Assembly: GCF_006345805.1 (NCBI RefSeq)
Contig: NC_043013.1
Span: 20,708,001-20,772,000 of the forward strand
Length of the DNA stretch: 64,000 bases
DNA from: Octopus sinensis
Taxonomy: Eukaryota
Reading direction: 5' to 3'
Shown: one piece after another, positions 53,273-64,000 of the stretch
How the letters are laid out: the number at the start of each line of letters is the position of its first letter
Position numbering within the stretch: position 1 is the first letter of the stretch
The notes under the pieces: model-generated
What the model saw: only the letters and a program-made list of their open reading frames with translations
Database searches by the model: none
What the model was told of the DNA's origin: nothing
Translations under genes and position numbers: made by a program

Positions 53273-54087
53273 TAGCGGCCCGCCAAAAGTGAGCGATAAA
53301 ACAAATACCAGGCTTTAAAAGAAAGGACCAGAGTCGAATTATTCAACTAAAATACTTAGAGTTGGTGCCCCAGTATGGCTGCATCGAATGACTAAAGCAA
53401 GTAATATGTGTATGTGTGTGCGTGTGTGTGTGCGTGCGTGCGTCTGTATGCATATATATGTGTGAGTGTGTGTGTGTTTCTATGTATGTGTGTGTATGTA
53501 TGTATGTATCTAAGTATTTATGTATCTATGTACGTATGTATATACACACGCATAGATATGCGTAATTTGATGTAATCTATATGGAGAGACTCAGAAATTG
53601 ATAATTTGCTGCGTTGTTAATAACAGTCCCTAATAGTAAAGCTAATATTGTCGTATAGCTTTGTATTCTGATTAATCTCTGCTAATGATATATAGGAGAT
53701 CTTTAATACGAGCTGCATTAAAATATGAGTTGTTGACCAACGCATATAGAGTTCCAACAACAGCTACTTAAATCGATTGTCAATGAAATTGGTAGAAAAT
53801 TAGCTTGGATCGTAGTCTATAAAAAAGGTATGTATTCTTTAATTCATCATCTCATTATAAACATACAGTCTGATGAATTCGCCAAAATATCGATGCTGTC
53901 TCCAATAAATCGACCATAAAATCACAGAATCAATTCTGTTTCGGAAATATCTAATGGTTGTTTGGAAATTATGCACAGTATTTATTTTTTTTTTTTGTTT
54001 TAATCTAATTATGTTAAATTTTTATAGAAATTAATAAATGAAGTTTTTAAGCAGTTAACCTCCTCTCATCATGTCAGATTTCCACAG

Positions 54088-54132
54088 ATTCGCTTTATCA
54101 GCCAACATCAACACAGTTGTATGACGTCCTAC
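54088..54132 (+). CDS. Candidate short internal exon
   Basis: CCACAG acceptor and AC/GTAATT donor; 45 nt, open in phase 1 (SLYQPTSTQLYDVL) and phase 0. Confidence 0.3.
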
Positions 54133-55577
54133 GTAATTGCATAATGCTATCTAAAATACTATTTTCATTGTATTATGTTGTAGCAATTGATTGTAACTCT
54201 TACAATAACTAGAGTCTGAATATCATAGTTTTATATACCTGAGAAGTCGGTGCCACAAGTTTATTCTTTTGAAGGTTACCATCACCGATATCGTAGCGTT
54301 ATATACAAAACCTCTCTTTATAATCTCTACGGGGCACTTTATAAAACGGAGTTTACACTGCCTTGAATATTTGTGCTTATATAGAAACGATAAAAAATTG
54401 GCAGTTTTATTCTGATCAAGATACCAGCGACTTCCGACCAAAACCTATTATTATAGTTCTCTGACAGTTAGTGTCTCTGACTGTCACTCATTCCCACTGT
54501 GTTGTTGTTTTAAACTTCTTATACCAGCGTGACAAACGACACTCATATTGCGTCTTGTATGTAAGATTATATTTGAAGAAAAGTGTTTAGGCATTCACTG
54601 AATTTAGTGACACCTTCAAGGCCATCAGTAAAATTTTACTAATGAATTGCCAGTATAATTCATTGATTATTCATATATTGTCATCTTAGCTTAAACCATG
54701 GCTACATCGAACCACCAACTGGAAATAAAAATGAAATTCTACTTTAATCGCCTTGAAAGTAAGAAAACTGGAATGGTGCCAATCGGAATGCCTTTTACAA
54801 GGCAAATTGAAATAGAATTGGAGTTATGATACACTTCACGTTTGTAAGCAACGAGCAATACCAATTTTAGCAAAGGAAGCAACCCGCAAGTTCCCAGCAA
54901 ATTTCCCATCAAATTTCCCAGTAAATTAATCTCTAATATGAAAATGCAAATTTACATCGCACTGTAAGTACATCACTCTCATATTTCTATCGTGATGGAT
55001 GTACATTGTGCAGGGACATCAGTTTCTCGATATCAGGCTGAAAGGTACAAAGGAGTAGTCTTCGATCCCAGCATTCATTAATTTTCAGTCTGTATTTTAG
55101 CTTACAAAGAGTCTAGGCAACTGCTCTCAAACCCCGACCTACAAAATATGATGTTGGGAAGGCAATAAAGTACATCTTGACTTTGTTCTACAGTGAAGAG
55201 TAGCGGTCAGAAAGGTACTTTTGCAATAAGCAATCCTTACATGATTTCTTGTTCTTTGGCCTCAGCTCAATCTAATTTTAAAGTGAAATCAGTACTTTTA
55301 CTATTCTACATATCATTACTGATACATAAGAATCACCCAGACTTATATTTCAATCAAAAATAAATATCCTGAAATTTGTTAGACATGTCTCTGTGCCCCA
55401 CATCCACGTGTGAACCATAACACTTCTGGTATGTACTTTTCCTTCTCCATTTCAGAAAGACTCAGAAATTGAAAGAATTAACGACACCTTAGGTTATATT
55501 TGAATGACTGTAACTTGGGCAGAAATGTGTACAGAACTGATTTTACTTTGATAAGTTTTAACCATATTTTCTTGCAG

Positions 55578-55713
55578 TTGCAAATGAAGTTCATTCAACT
55601 TTGGGAACATATCGCCCATATAAGCCATGTCATGCTTGATGTTCCTTGGTTCATCACAAGGAACAGAAGAAGAGCCTTACGAGAATTCAACAAATGTGAA
55701 TGTAAACTTTTAG
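55578..55713 (+). CDS. Candidate terminal exon
   Basis: TATTTTCTTGCAG acceptor; phase-1 ANEVHSTLGTYRPY.., and with one base added ..GSSQGTEEEPYENSTNVNVNF*. Confidence 0.25.
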
Positions 55714-56752
55714 GCAGTTTCCCTTTGATACCCATCGAATTTCTGTGTGCAACAGCAAACGTTCAAAATCTTTATAATTCTTAGTACAAAACTGTTGAAA
55801 CAATAAAATTGAGAGCATGTGCCTTGGATTTATTTACTGCTGTGATAAGAGTTCTCAGCTGTTTTTTAAGTCTGTCACTTCGGTTATTTGCAACTAGATG
55901 TTGCCTGTGGATCATAGAATGCGCTGTAAACACGCTAGGTATAACATTTTCAGTAAACTGATGAATCAGTGATGGCAATCTACCATTGATGTGTCCCCAT
56001 CGATTGCTCAAATACGAAATGCTGACTCTTCTTTTGTATCTGTTTCTAGTTGTCTTAGAAATAATAGCTCCCGAACCAAAGGTTTATCTTTGACGAAGCA
56101 AACATGAGCAAAACATATTTGTATTGATTGCCAGAGTGGGCTTACCTAACTGTAAGCTAAGTTTGGTTGCTTTAAGTATATTGCACAATATATCGCCAAT
56201 GCTAAATGTATTCTACAATTAGAAACACTTCTAATACGCATTTTTAGAGAAAAACATTTTGAACTTTGATTTTATTTTGACTTTCACGATGATAACGCCA
56301 CCTCACAAAAATAAAAAAAAACAGAAATTCTGTTACATGCATGATAAATTTTCCAATTTTTATTTTTCAGTAAAAATAGGGATTACAAGCGTTTCAAAAT
56401 ACGACATACCTACAACATGATGAAAAATTACAAAAAAAGGTGGCTTGGTATCCAAATATATGATGAAGGGGATGTAAACACACCAACAGATAAAAAAATT
56501 TTAAAGAAAGTCTGTCCACGAGTGTCTTGTGTAGAAAAACCAAAGAAATGCTCACACACACACAAAATCAGGCGGTTACAAAGGTCATTTAGAACTCCTC
56601 TTCGATACCAGGACTTCAGTATTCTATGAAGAAAAATTATTATGTTTATATATATATATATATATACATGCATACATACATACATAATATATATGCATAT
56701 ATATAATATATATATATATAATATATATATATATAGATATATATATAGATAA

Positions 56753-58079
56753 CATAACTTATTTTAATCAGTGTATGATTCTGTTGGGTGAAATCTATGA
56801 AGACAAATTCTGAAATATTTTGATACTGAAATGTACAAAATTTATAAAATTATTAAAAATGCAATTGAAGTGATGATCACAAACACTAATATTACATTCA
56901 TAAAACGCGTTCAAAGAATTGAACCAACAATTTACTTGGAACAAAAGTCAAAATAACCAAATTATGAAGATATGAAAATTTCTTAACTCTAACCTAAAGC
57001 TACATACAGAAGATAACATTTCGGTAATGCGAAATGCAACGAAATGAAAATTGCAGTTAACAAAAATATAGAATTTGTTCAGTGAAAGTAATTATGTATG
57101 TGTGTGTGGTGTGATTTGTGTATGTATAAATATATCTATATAGATAGATAGATAAGAGATATATACACATATATATAAGCATACATTGTGTATGTATGTA
57201 TGATATATACATATAATATTATATTAAATTAGAGATAAAACCACTATTAGGCAAATAATATAATATAATATAATATATTTATACTATAAAATTGGATTAA
57301 TCTAAATCTCATTTTTTCCCTGTAAGTTTGGATTTATTTCCTAATATATTATATATATATATAATAATATTAGGGAATAAATCCAGACTTACAGATCATT
57401 TATATATATTATATATAATATATATATATACATAACTTATTTTAATCAGTGTATGATTCTGTTGGGTGAAATCTATGAAGACAAATTCTGAAATATGTTT
57501 GATACTGAAAATGTACAAAATTTATAAAATTATTAAAAATTCAATTGAAGTGATGATCACAAACACTAATATTACATTCATAAAACGCGTTCAAAGAATT
57601 GAACAAACATTTACTTGGAACAAAAGTCAAAATACCAAATTATGAAAGATATGAAGAATTTCTTAACTCTAACCTAAAGCTACATACAGAAGATAACATT
57701 TCGGTAAATGCGAAATGCAACGAAATGAAAATTGCAGTTAACAAAAATATAGAATTTGTTCAGTGAAAGTAATTTATGTATGTGTGTGTGTGTGTGCTTG
57801 TGTGTATGTATAAATATATATATATATAGATAGATAGATAGATATATATACACATATATATAAGCATACATGTGTGTATGTATGTATATATATACATATA
57901 TATTATATTAAATTAGAGATAAAACCACTATTAGGCAAATAATATAATATAATATAAATATTTATACTATAAAATTGGATTTAATCCTAAATCTCATTTT
58001 TCCTCCTGTAAGTTTGGATTTATTTCCTAATATTATTATATATATATATAATAATATTAGGGAATAAATCCAGACTTAC

Positions 58080-58082
<3 letters not shown>
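56753..58082 (+). repeat. Tandem direct duplication (~645-bp units 56753-57395 and 57431-58082)
   Basis: Near-identical copies differing mostly by single-base indels. Confidence 0.9.
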
Positions 58083-58119
<37 letters not shown>

Positions 58120-58144
58120 TATATATATATGCATATTTATATGT

Positions 58145-58321
58145 TGCTGTGTGGTGGTAGAAGCTTGTTTGCCAACCACATGGTTTGGGCCTCAGCTCCA
58201 ATGCGTGACACTTGGGCAAGTGTCTTCTACTAAGCCTCCGGGCTGACCCAAACCTTGTCAGTGGATATGTTAGACGGAAAGAATATATATTATATATATT
58301 ATATATATATATATATATATA

Positions 58322-58362
<41 letters not shown>

Positions 58363-58620
58363 TATATATATGAATAAATATTTACAAATATATTTATATA
58401 AATATATATGTATGTATTTGTGTGTCTGTGTTTTGTCACCCACCATCGCTTGACAACCACTGTTGGCATGTTTAAGTCCCCGTAATCTAGCGGTTCAACA
58501 AAAGCCCGGCAGAAAAAGTACTAGGCTTACAAAGAAGTCCTGGGGTCGATTCGTCCGACTATTGGTGGTGCTCCTGCATGGCCGTAGTCAAATGGATGAA
58601 ACAAGTAAAAGAATAAAAGA
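58145..58620 (+). mobile_element. S1 SINE with expanded internal (TA)n
   Basis: Head at 58145-58280 and tail at 58430-58620. Confidence 0.8.
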
Positions 58621-58810
58621 ATTAAAAGATATATATAGATATATATATATATTATATATATATCAAGAGAGAGAGAGAGAGAGAAAGATAGACAGATAGA
58701 TACATAGATACATAGATAGACAGAAGGCAGACAGACAGACAGACAGACAGATAGATTGACAGACAGACAGATAGGCAGACAGAGAGACAGATAGACAGAC
58801 AGAGACAGAC

Positions 58811-58871
<61 letters not shown>

Positions 58872-58872
58872 T

Positions 58873-58931
<59 letters not shown>

Positions 58932-59216
58932 CGTATTTGGCATTGGTAACGAAGAAAGTGTTATGTGTAGTGATACCCAGATTAGATCTCTCGGATCTAA
59001 TCTGGCCACTAGCGATTACAGTCTGGTACAGCATTCGGCATGGACAACCGCATTCGTACGCACGCACACACACACACACACCACACACACACACCACACA
59101 CACATACACCATACATACATACAACATACATACATACATACATACATACATACATACATACATAAATACATACATATATATTATATATATATAATATATA
59201 TTTATTATATAGAAGG

Positions 59217-59267
59217 AGCTTCTACAGGACTAGTACTGTTTCATTCAAGAGAAATCTTCAGGAAGCT
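59217..59267 (-). ncRNA. Type I hammerhead ribozyme fold, family A (locus A4, - arm)
   Basis: Exact reverse complement of 59264-59314 within a perfect palindrome 59202-59329. Confidence 0.8.
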
Positions 59268-59314
59268 TCCTGAAGATTTCTCTTGAATGAAACAGTACTA
59301 GTCCTGTAGAAGCT
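59264..59314 (+). ncRNA. Type I hammerhead ribozyme fold, family A (locus A4, + arm)
   Basis: AGCUUC-CUGAAGA-UUUCUCUUGAAU-GAAAC-AG-UACUAGUC-CU-GUA-GAAGCU. Stem I AGCUUC/GAAGCU; core CUGANGA and GAAA; stem III ACAG/CUGU with palindromic ACUAGU loop; GUA cleavage triplet. Stem II is UUC-UCUU-GAA with a non-canonical U.U closing pair. Confidence 0.8.
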
Positions 59315-59399
59315 CCTTCTATATAATAATTAATTTTACTCTGCTATGTATTGAGTACCTTACTTACTATGTGGTTAACCCGATCAACCCGGGACCTAC

Positions 59400-59448
<49 letters not shown>

Positions 59449-60146
59449 TATATATTCTGTACAATTTGTTTTTGGTGTTATTCTTTCCATCAATATCGTT
59501 GCTGTTGACATTGTCTCTGTTCAACATCATATATTTTCGTTATATTTTCGTCTTGCACGAGAATTCTCTTGGGAAGTTGATGATCAGCTTCATCTCTAAA
59601 CATTTGGGTTTTTTTGTCTTCAATTTATTTGTGTTCTCTGTTCTTGCTTGAACTTAATTTTCTCAAAACATATTTCCGATCGATTTTTAACTATTTTCTA
59701 AACATTATCGTCTCATTTTCTTGCAATTTCCCCTTGGATCTTTAGACCTCCACCCGGTGGGGGCGAGCAGGAATGCCACAGCGTGACAATATAATGTATG
59801 TGAGAACAAGGATATCGGATGTTCGCGTCATTTATCGCTTAATGAGAACCGCATATCACAAATTCGACATAGCGTATTTTCTAGCCAGTAATATGCCTGC
59901 TTCTGTCAATTTAGCTACCCACGCTTTTGTTTGCATGAATATATCTGTCTGTCTCTCTGTCGCACACACAAACACCAATATTTCCGCACAAAAGGATCGA
60001 TTTAAAACACCTACACTGAATCTTCCAGCGTCAACAGATACGATCTCAACACAACTACTATCTATCATTATTTGCAGATGCCTCCCACTTCACCGTTGCT
60101 AGTGCGCTTCCTGCTTTGATTTTACCTCACTCTCCGAAGTGATTAA

Positions 60147-60327
60147 CCCATTTTAACCCAGGTTAACCCGGTCGAAATCTTGAAGATAGTTATATAAATA
60201 GGGATAACAAACATACGGAAACGTATTGCAGCATACAACAAGCAATATTTTGCCTCCAGATAAACTTTATTTTAGTAAATTAACCAAATACAACTGTTCT
60301 CAAACGAGGACGGTGGGTTAATATGGG
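60147..60327. mobile_element. piggyBac-like MITE
   Basis: TTAA-CCCATTTTAACCC ... GGGTTAATATGGG-TTAA (TTAA TSD, CCC/GGG ends). Confidence 0.7.
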
Positions 60328-61924
60328 TTAAAGTTAATTTATTAGTACCAGTGGCAGTAATGGTAGTTGTAGCAGTGACAGTACTATTTATAGCTTAATT
60401 ATATATTGATAAACATTTTTTCATAACGGTATCTTGAATTTTGATTCTAACAAACGGTTCATTTTTAGAATACCTTTTCATATTTAGAGCCGAATGATTT
60501 TCATAATAACAGCTGTTTGATGAAATTACTCGCCATCAATAGTGTTCCATTTGCAAGCGAATAATTGGCAGTACCAAATTATGAAACGTGATTCGAGGTG
60601 GCAATTTCGAAACACTTCATCGTAATGAAGTTGTTAAAGAGTTCTACTGAGAACAGATTTGCTCTCTTCTACAACAATATCATTCTTAAATATGAGATCA
60701 TATAAATCAGTTTCAATATTTCTATGAAAGCATTTGTCTCAATTTCCAAATATATTTTGAAATCTCTGAAGAAATAACATCAACTCACGTAATTTAATAT
60801 GACTATTTTAACAGGTGAATGCAACGAAATATCTTTATTGTAATAAATAACTTTATACAGATAAACTAGCCACAGTGATTGTGATGTTTACCTGAAAAGA
60901 ATTTTTGTGAGATTAATAACAGAAGTAATTGACAGTTTAACAGAGATACAGTGTCGAAAGAGTATCGAGTTTGATTCCCATCCACCATTTTAATTTATTT
61001 ATGAAATACAAGACAATAAGGGAGCTTGAGTATAAACGGTTCCACTTGCTGGAAATAAAAGTTGCATCACCTGAGTCGTTTCCTGTGCCTCGTTAAATAT
61101 ACTCTCTTGCTGGAAAAAGCAGTTAGCATTCCTATTTATCTCATCTCATGATCATAGAAAGAATGCACAGAGAATTCGAAAAAACTGTTTCTGCTAGAGA
61201 AAAAAAAAGCACGAGAAAGTCATACGTGTAACCTCTTTAATAAATTGTTTCTGCTGCAGACGATCATAGGTATAACGCCTTTAATGAAAGGTATGTACAA
61301 CCAGGCTGGCCTTGGGTTAAAACAACGGCAACAACAACGTCTAAACCAGATAAATATACTTTAGCAATTGTTTGTTATCAATATCGTACACCAAGACAAA
61401 TAGTGAGACCTTTCAGGTTCCAGATATATCACAATTCCTTGTTCTTGCTTAGACTCAAACCATTCCTGATCCAGTAGATTTCTTTATAGACCATCCTTCT
61501 TTGACCATCTTTCCATGGCGATATTATCCATACAGCCTTCTCCCATTTTCATAAAGACAGGATGCAGCTTAAGGAAAATTCGTTTGTTATATTTTTACAC
61601 AAAGACTTTCCCAACTGAAAGAGGAACTTTATCGATCCTAGTTTTATTATCCCATGGCAGGGTTTTATAAAATTCACAGCTTCAAAGAGGTGACGAACCA
61701 TACCTTAAAACGTTGGAAGTTTTTATAAACCCTCACCAGCAATAAAATAATGTATCCATGGAGATTTAATTCCCACGTAATTGTTTCATCCAATATTAAT
61801 TAGAAGTACACGGCCCACATTGCTTCACACGATATCGGTTTAACAAAGAAGCTTGTTGGTAGTCATTCAACCTGCTAATAAATTCGTCCAATCGGATCGA
61901 GAAAAAAAAAGATCCATTGGATAA

Positions 61925-62070
61925 TAAATTCAAATTATGGCGCAAGGACAGCAAGTTTGGAGCAGGAATAAGTCGGTTACATCGATACGAGCGCTCATCT
62001 GGTACTATTTTATGGACCCCGAAAGTATAAAATGCAAGGTGAACCTCGGCGAAATTTGAACGTAGAACAT
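61925..62070 (-). mobile_element. S4 SINE, diverged
   Basis: GGACCCCGAAAGTATAAAATGCAAGGTGAACCTCGGCGAAATTTGAAC. Confidence 0.6.
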
Positions 62071-62469
62071 TTGTCATACATAAGAGTAACTTGGGCGTAA
62101 GCAGAAACAGTAAGAACACTAAAAAAATTGCAGTAGGTTTCATGGACATTCGGTAATAGTTATAAACTCTTTCTTTTGGAATTCTTTTGACCCAGGAAAT
62201 TAATTTAAGCACAGCCAATGCTTTAGGCTTAAAAAAAATTAATGGCTTAGTGACGATGGCTTGGGTTCGATCTCACAACACTACACCTTGGAACATGTTT
62301 CTTACCATAACAGTAAAATTTGGTGGGGATAAAAACTGTGTGGAATGACTTCAAGTGAGATTTCTCAGTTTTGAGAAGGTAGATAAAACATGTCAACCTT
62401 TATACCATCAACCTCTGGTCTCTAGTAACATTTAACGGAGCTTTCTGAGTTGTGGATATTTGGCCCAAG

Positions 62470-62705
62470 CCGCCGTCCTGTGATAAAGCCTCCCTCTCCC
62501 CTCACCAATTTCGGAAGCTCTGGAAAATATCATGCTTATCTCCCTTACCACTCCAACTAAGCAATCATGCAAATGTAGCCAAGAAGTTTGAGGCGTGACT
62601 GATATAAACTAGTTTCTATATCAGAAGACACTAAAGCTATAGAGTTCCAGGAAGTGGGTTGTAGAAAGATATCTCCTTAAAGAAATGTCAAGATCGCAAG
62701 ATGGT
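62470..62705 (-). mobile_element. Possible decayed RTE-clade LINE 3' ORF fragment
   Basis: Broken frames DISLRR..ELY.. and RLKLLGYIC resemble RTE NISW..ELY..RL.FAGH motifs; many stops. Confidence 0.35.
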
Positions 62706-63690
62706 TTATGTTAAAAATAAAACATTCCCATTCTCATATATACATGCAGTAGTCACAAGTGTGGTGCATATGATGGTATATGTTAGTCGGCATTGAATAT
62801 ATTTATTCACTACACATTTCATATGTACAAATTCATTATCATTTAACGTCCGTTCCCAATGCTGGTACGTAAGTCCAAAAATAATGCATAGACGATGGTA
62901 TAAATACAAGAAACACACTGCAGTACCTACATATGGGCATAAACGCAAATATACGCATATACACACACAGATACGTGTGTGCGTGTGTTTGTGTGTGTGT
63001 GTTTGTCTGTATGCGCGTGTATGTGCCTGTGTGTGTTTGGCTGTGTCTGTGTATATTGTATGTATGTGTGTATATATATATATGTATTTGAGATTAGTTT
63101 AGAAAGGTTAGAAACATTAGATTTTGTATATTTTCTGATAACAAGTAAAAAAAATAGAGAATTTTTCTCATTATTTGTCTGAAGTTGTTTTTAAATTAAT
63201 AGGAAACGGAAGGTTGTTCTGGCAGCTATTTATATTCGTATTTATCTAGAATATTAAATTTGAAATATTACAAAAAAATATATTGCCGAAGAAACAATAA
63301 TTAAATCTATATATTCACATAGAATGAATAATATATATTATATATATATATATTAATATATATATATATCATATATATATAATATATATAATATATATAT
63401 ATATATATAGATATAACATATATATGTATGTATATATGTGTATGCATATATATATATAACGTATACATACACACAGACACACGCACACACATACACACAC
63501 TTATATATGTATGGGTTATCAGTTATAACACTAAACAAAACTTTTATTCAATATTGTCCCAAGTGCATATAAACGTTTATTTATTATTTATTGCAGATAT
63601 TATGTAATCTGCTGGAATATTTAGGTTTTTAAACTTAGTGGTGTTACGAAACTGAACACATAAAGACTGACCCTACCTGAGGTGTAAATA

Positions 63691-63801
63691 CAGTAGTACC
63701 TCGGTTTTCGACAACTCTGATTGCAAATAATTCGTGATTTATATATATATAAAGCAAGATTTATTCGTGACAAGAGGGGTTCGTAAACCGAGGTAATACT
63801 G
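63691..63801. mobile_element. pogo/Tigger-like MITE (partial second copy at ~63832-63895)
   Basis: TA-CAGTAGTACCTCGGTTTTCG ... TCGTAAACCGAGGTAATACTG-TA. Confidence 0.75.
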
Positions 63802-63924
63802 TATTAAATAAATATGAGAAAGACAAGAGATGTAGTACGATTTCGAACAGTCTGGTTTTCGAACAGCTCTGATCGCGAATAATTCGTGATTTATATATAT
63901 ATATATATCTGTGGGGGGGGGGTG

Positions 63925-64000
63925 AAGGCGTATGGCTCGTGGTCGGAGTCTAGAACTTACGACCGTGAGGTTGTGAGTTCGATTCCCGGACTGGGCTGCG
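63925..64000 (+). mobile_element. tRNA-derived SINE head, cut by window end
   Basis: TGGCTCGTGG A-box-like and GAGTTCGATTCCC B box. Confidence 0.65.

Larger units (their letters stand above)
59202..59399. mobile_element. Family A hammerhead palindrome element
   Basis: Perfect 128-bp palindrome 59202-59329 centred on AAGCTT, plus the family tail to ~59399; (TA)n flanks. Confidence 0.75.

Noticed and set aside
59202-59329. Hairpins as rho-independent terminators or pre-miRNAs
   Set aside because: Eukaryotic DNA; the perfect arms and multi-copy mobile pattern fit inverted duplication better.

Overview
Eukaryotic, AT-rich, repeat-dominated DNA with no complete protein-coding gene recognisable. 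The dense (TA)n/(CA)n/(GATA)n/(ATT)n/(AAG)n microsatellites and several tRNA-derived SINE families resemble an octopus/coleoid cephalopod genome (inference). Most ORFs in the supplied track are microsatellite translation artefacts. Supported features: about 25 SINE copies from 4 families, a decayed full-length Tc1, a deleted mariner, pogo/Tigger- and piggyBac-like MITEs, 3' fragments of an R4/Dong-type RLE LINE and a CR1/L2-type LINE, and a Penelope-like (PLE) RT/linker fragment. The most striking signal is a set of short elements in (TA)n tracts, each built as an inverted repeat whose arms carry type I hammerhead ribozyme (HHR) folds. There are three sequence families (A at 23-24 kb, 40.8 kb and 59.2 kb; B at 11.8 kb; C at 36.3 kb), giving about 10 cores, several on both strands of one palindrome. 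This fits non-autonomous PLE pLTR/retrozyme-like elements. The class is known, but I cannot tell whether these families are described. Weaker leads are a decayed membrane-protein-like frame at 2-629 and candidate exons at 53.7-55.7 kb. Homopolymer indels and local duplications suggest a noisy long-read assembly. Repeat boundaries were read by eye (about +/-10-20 bp); ribozyme coordinates were counted base by base. No search or folding program was run.
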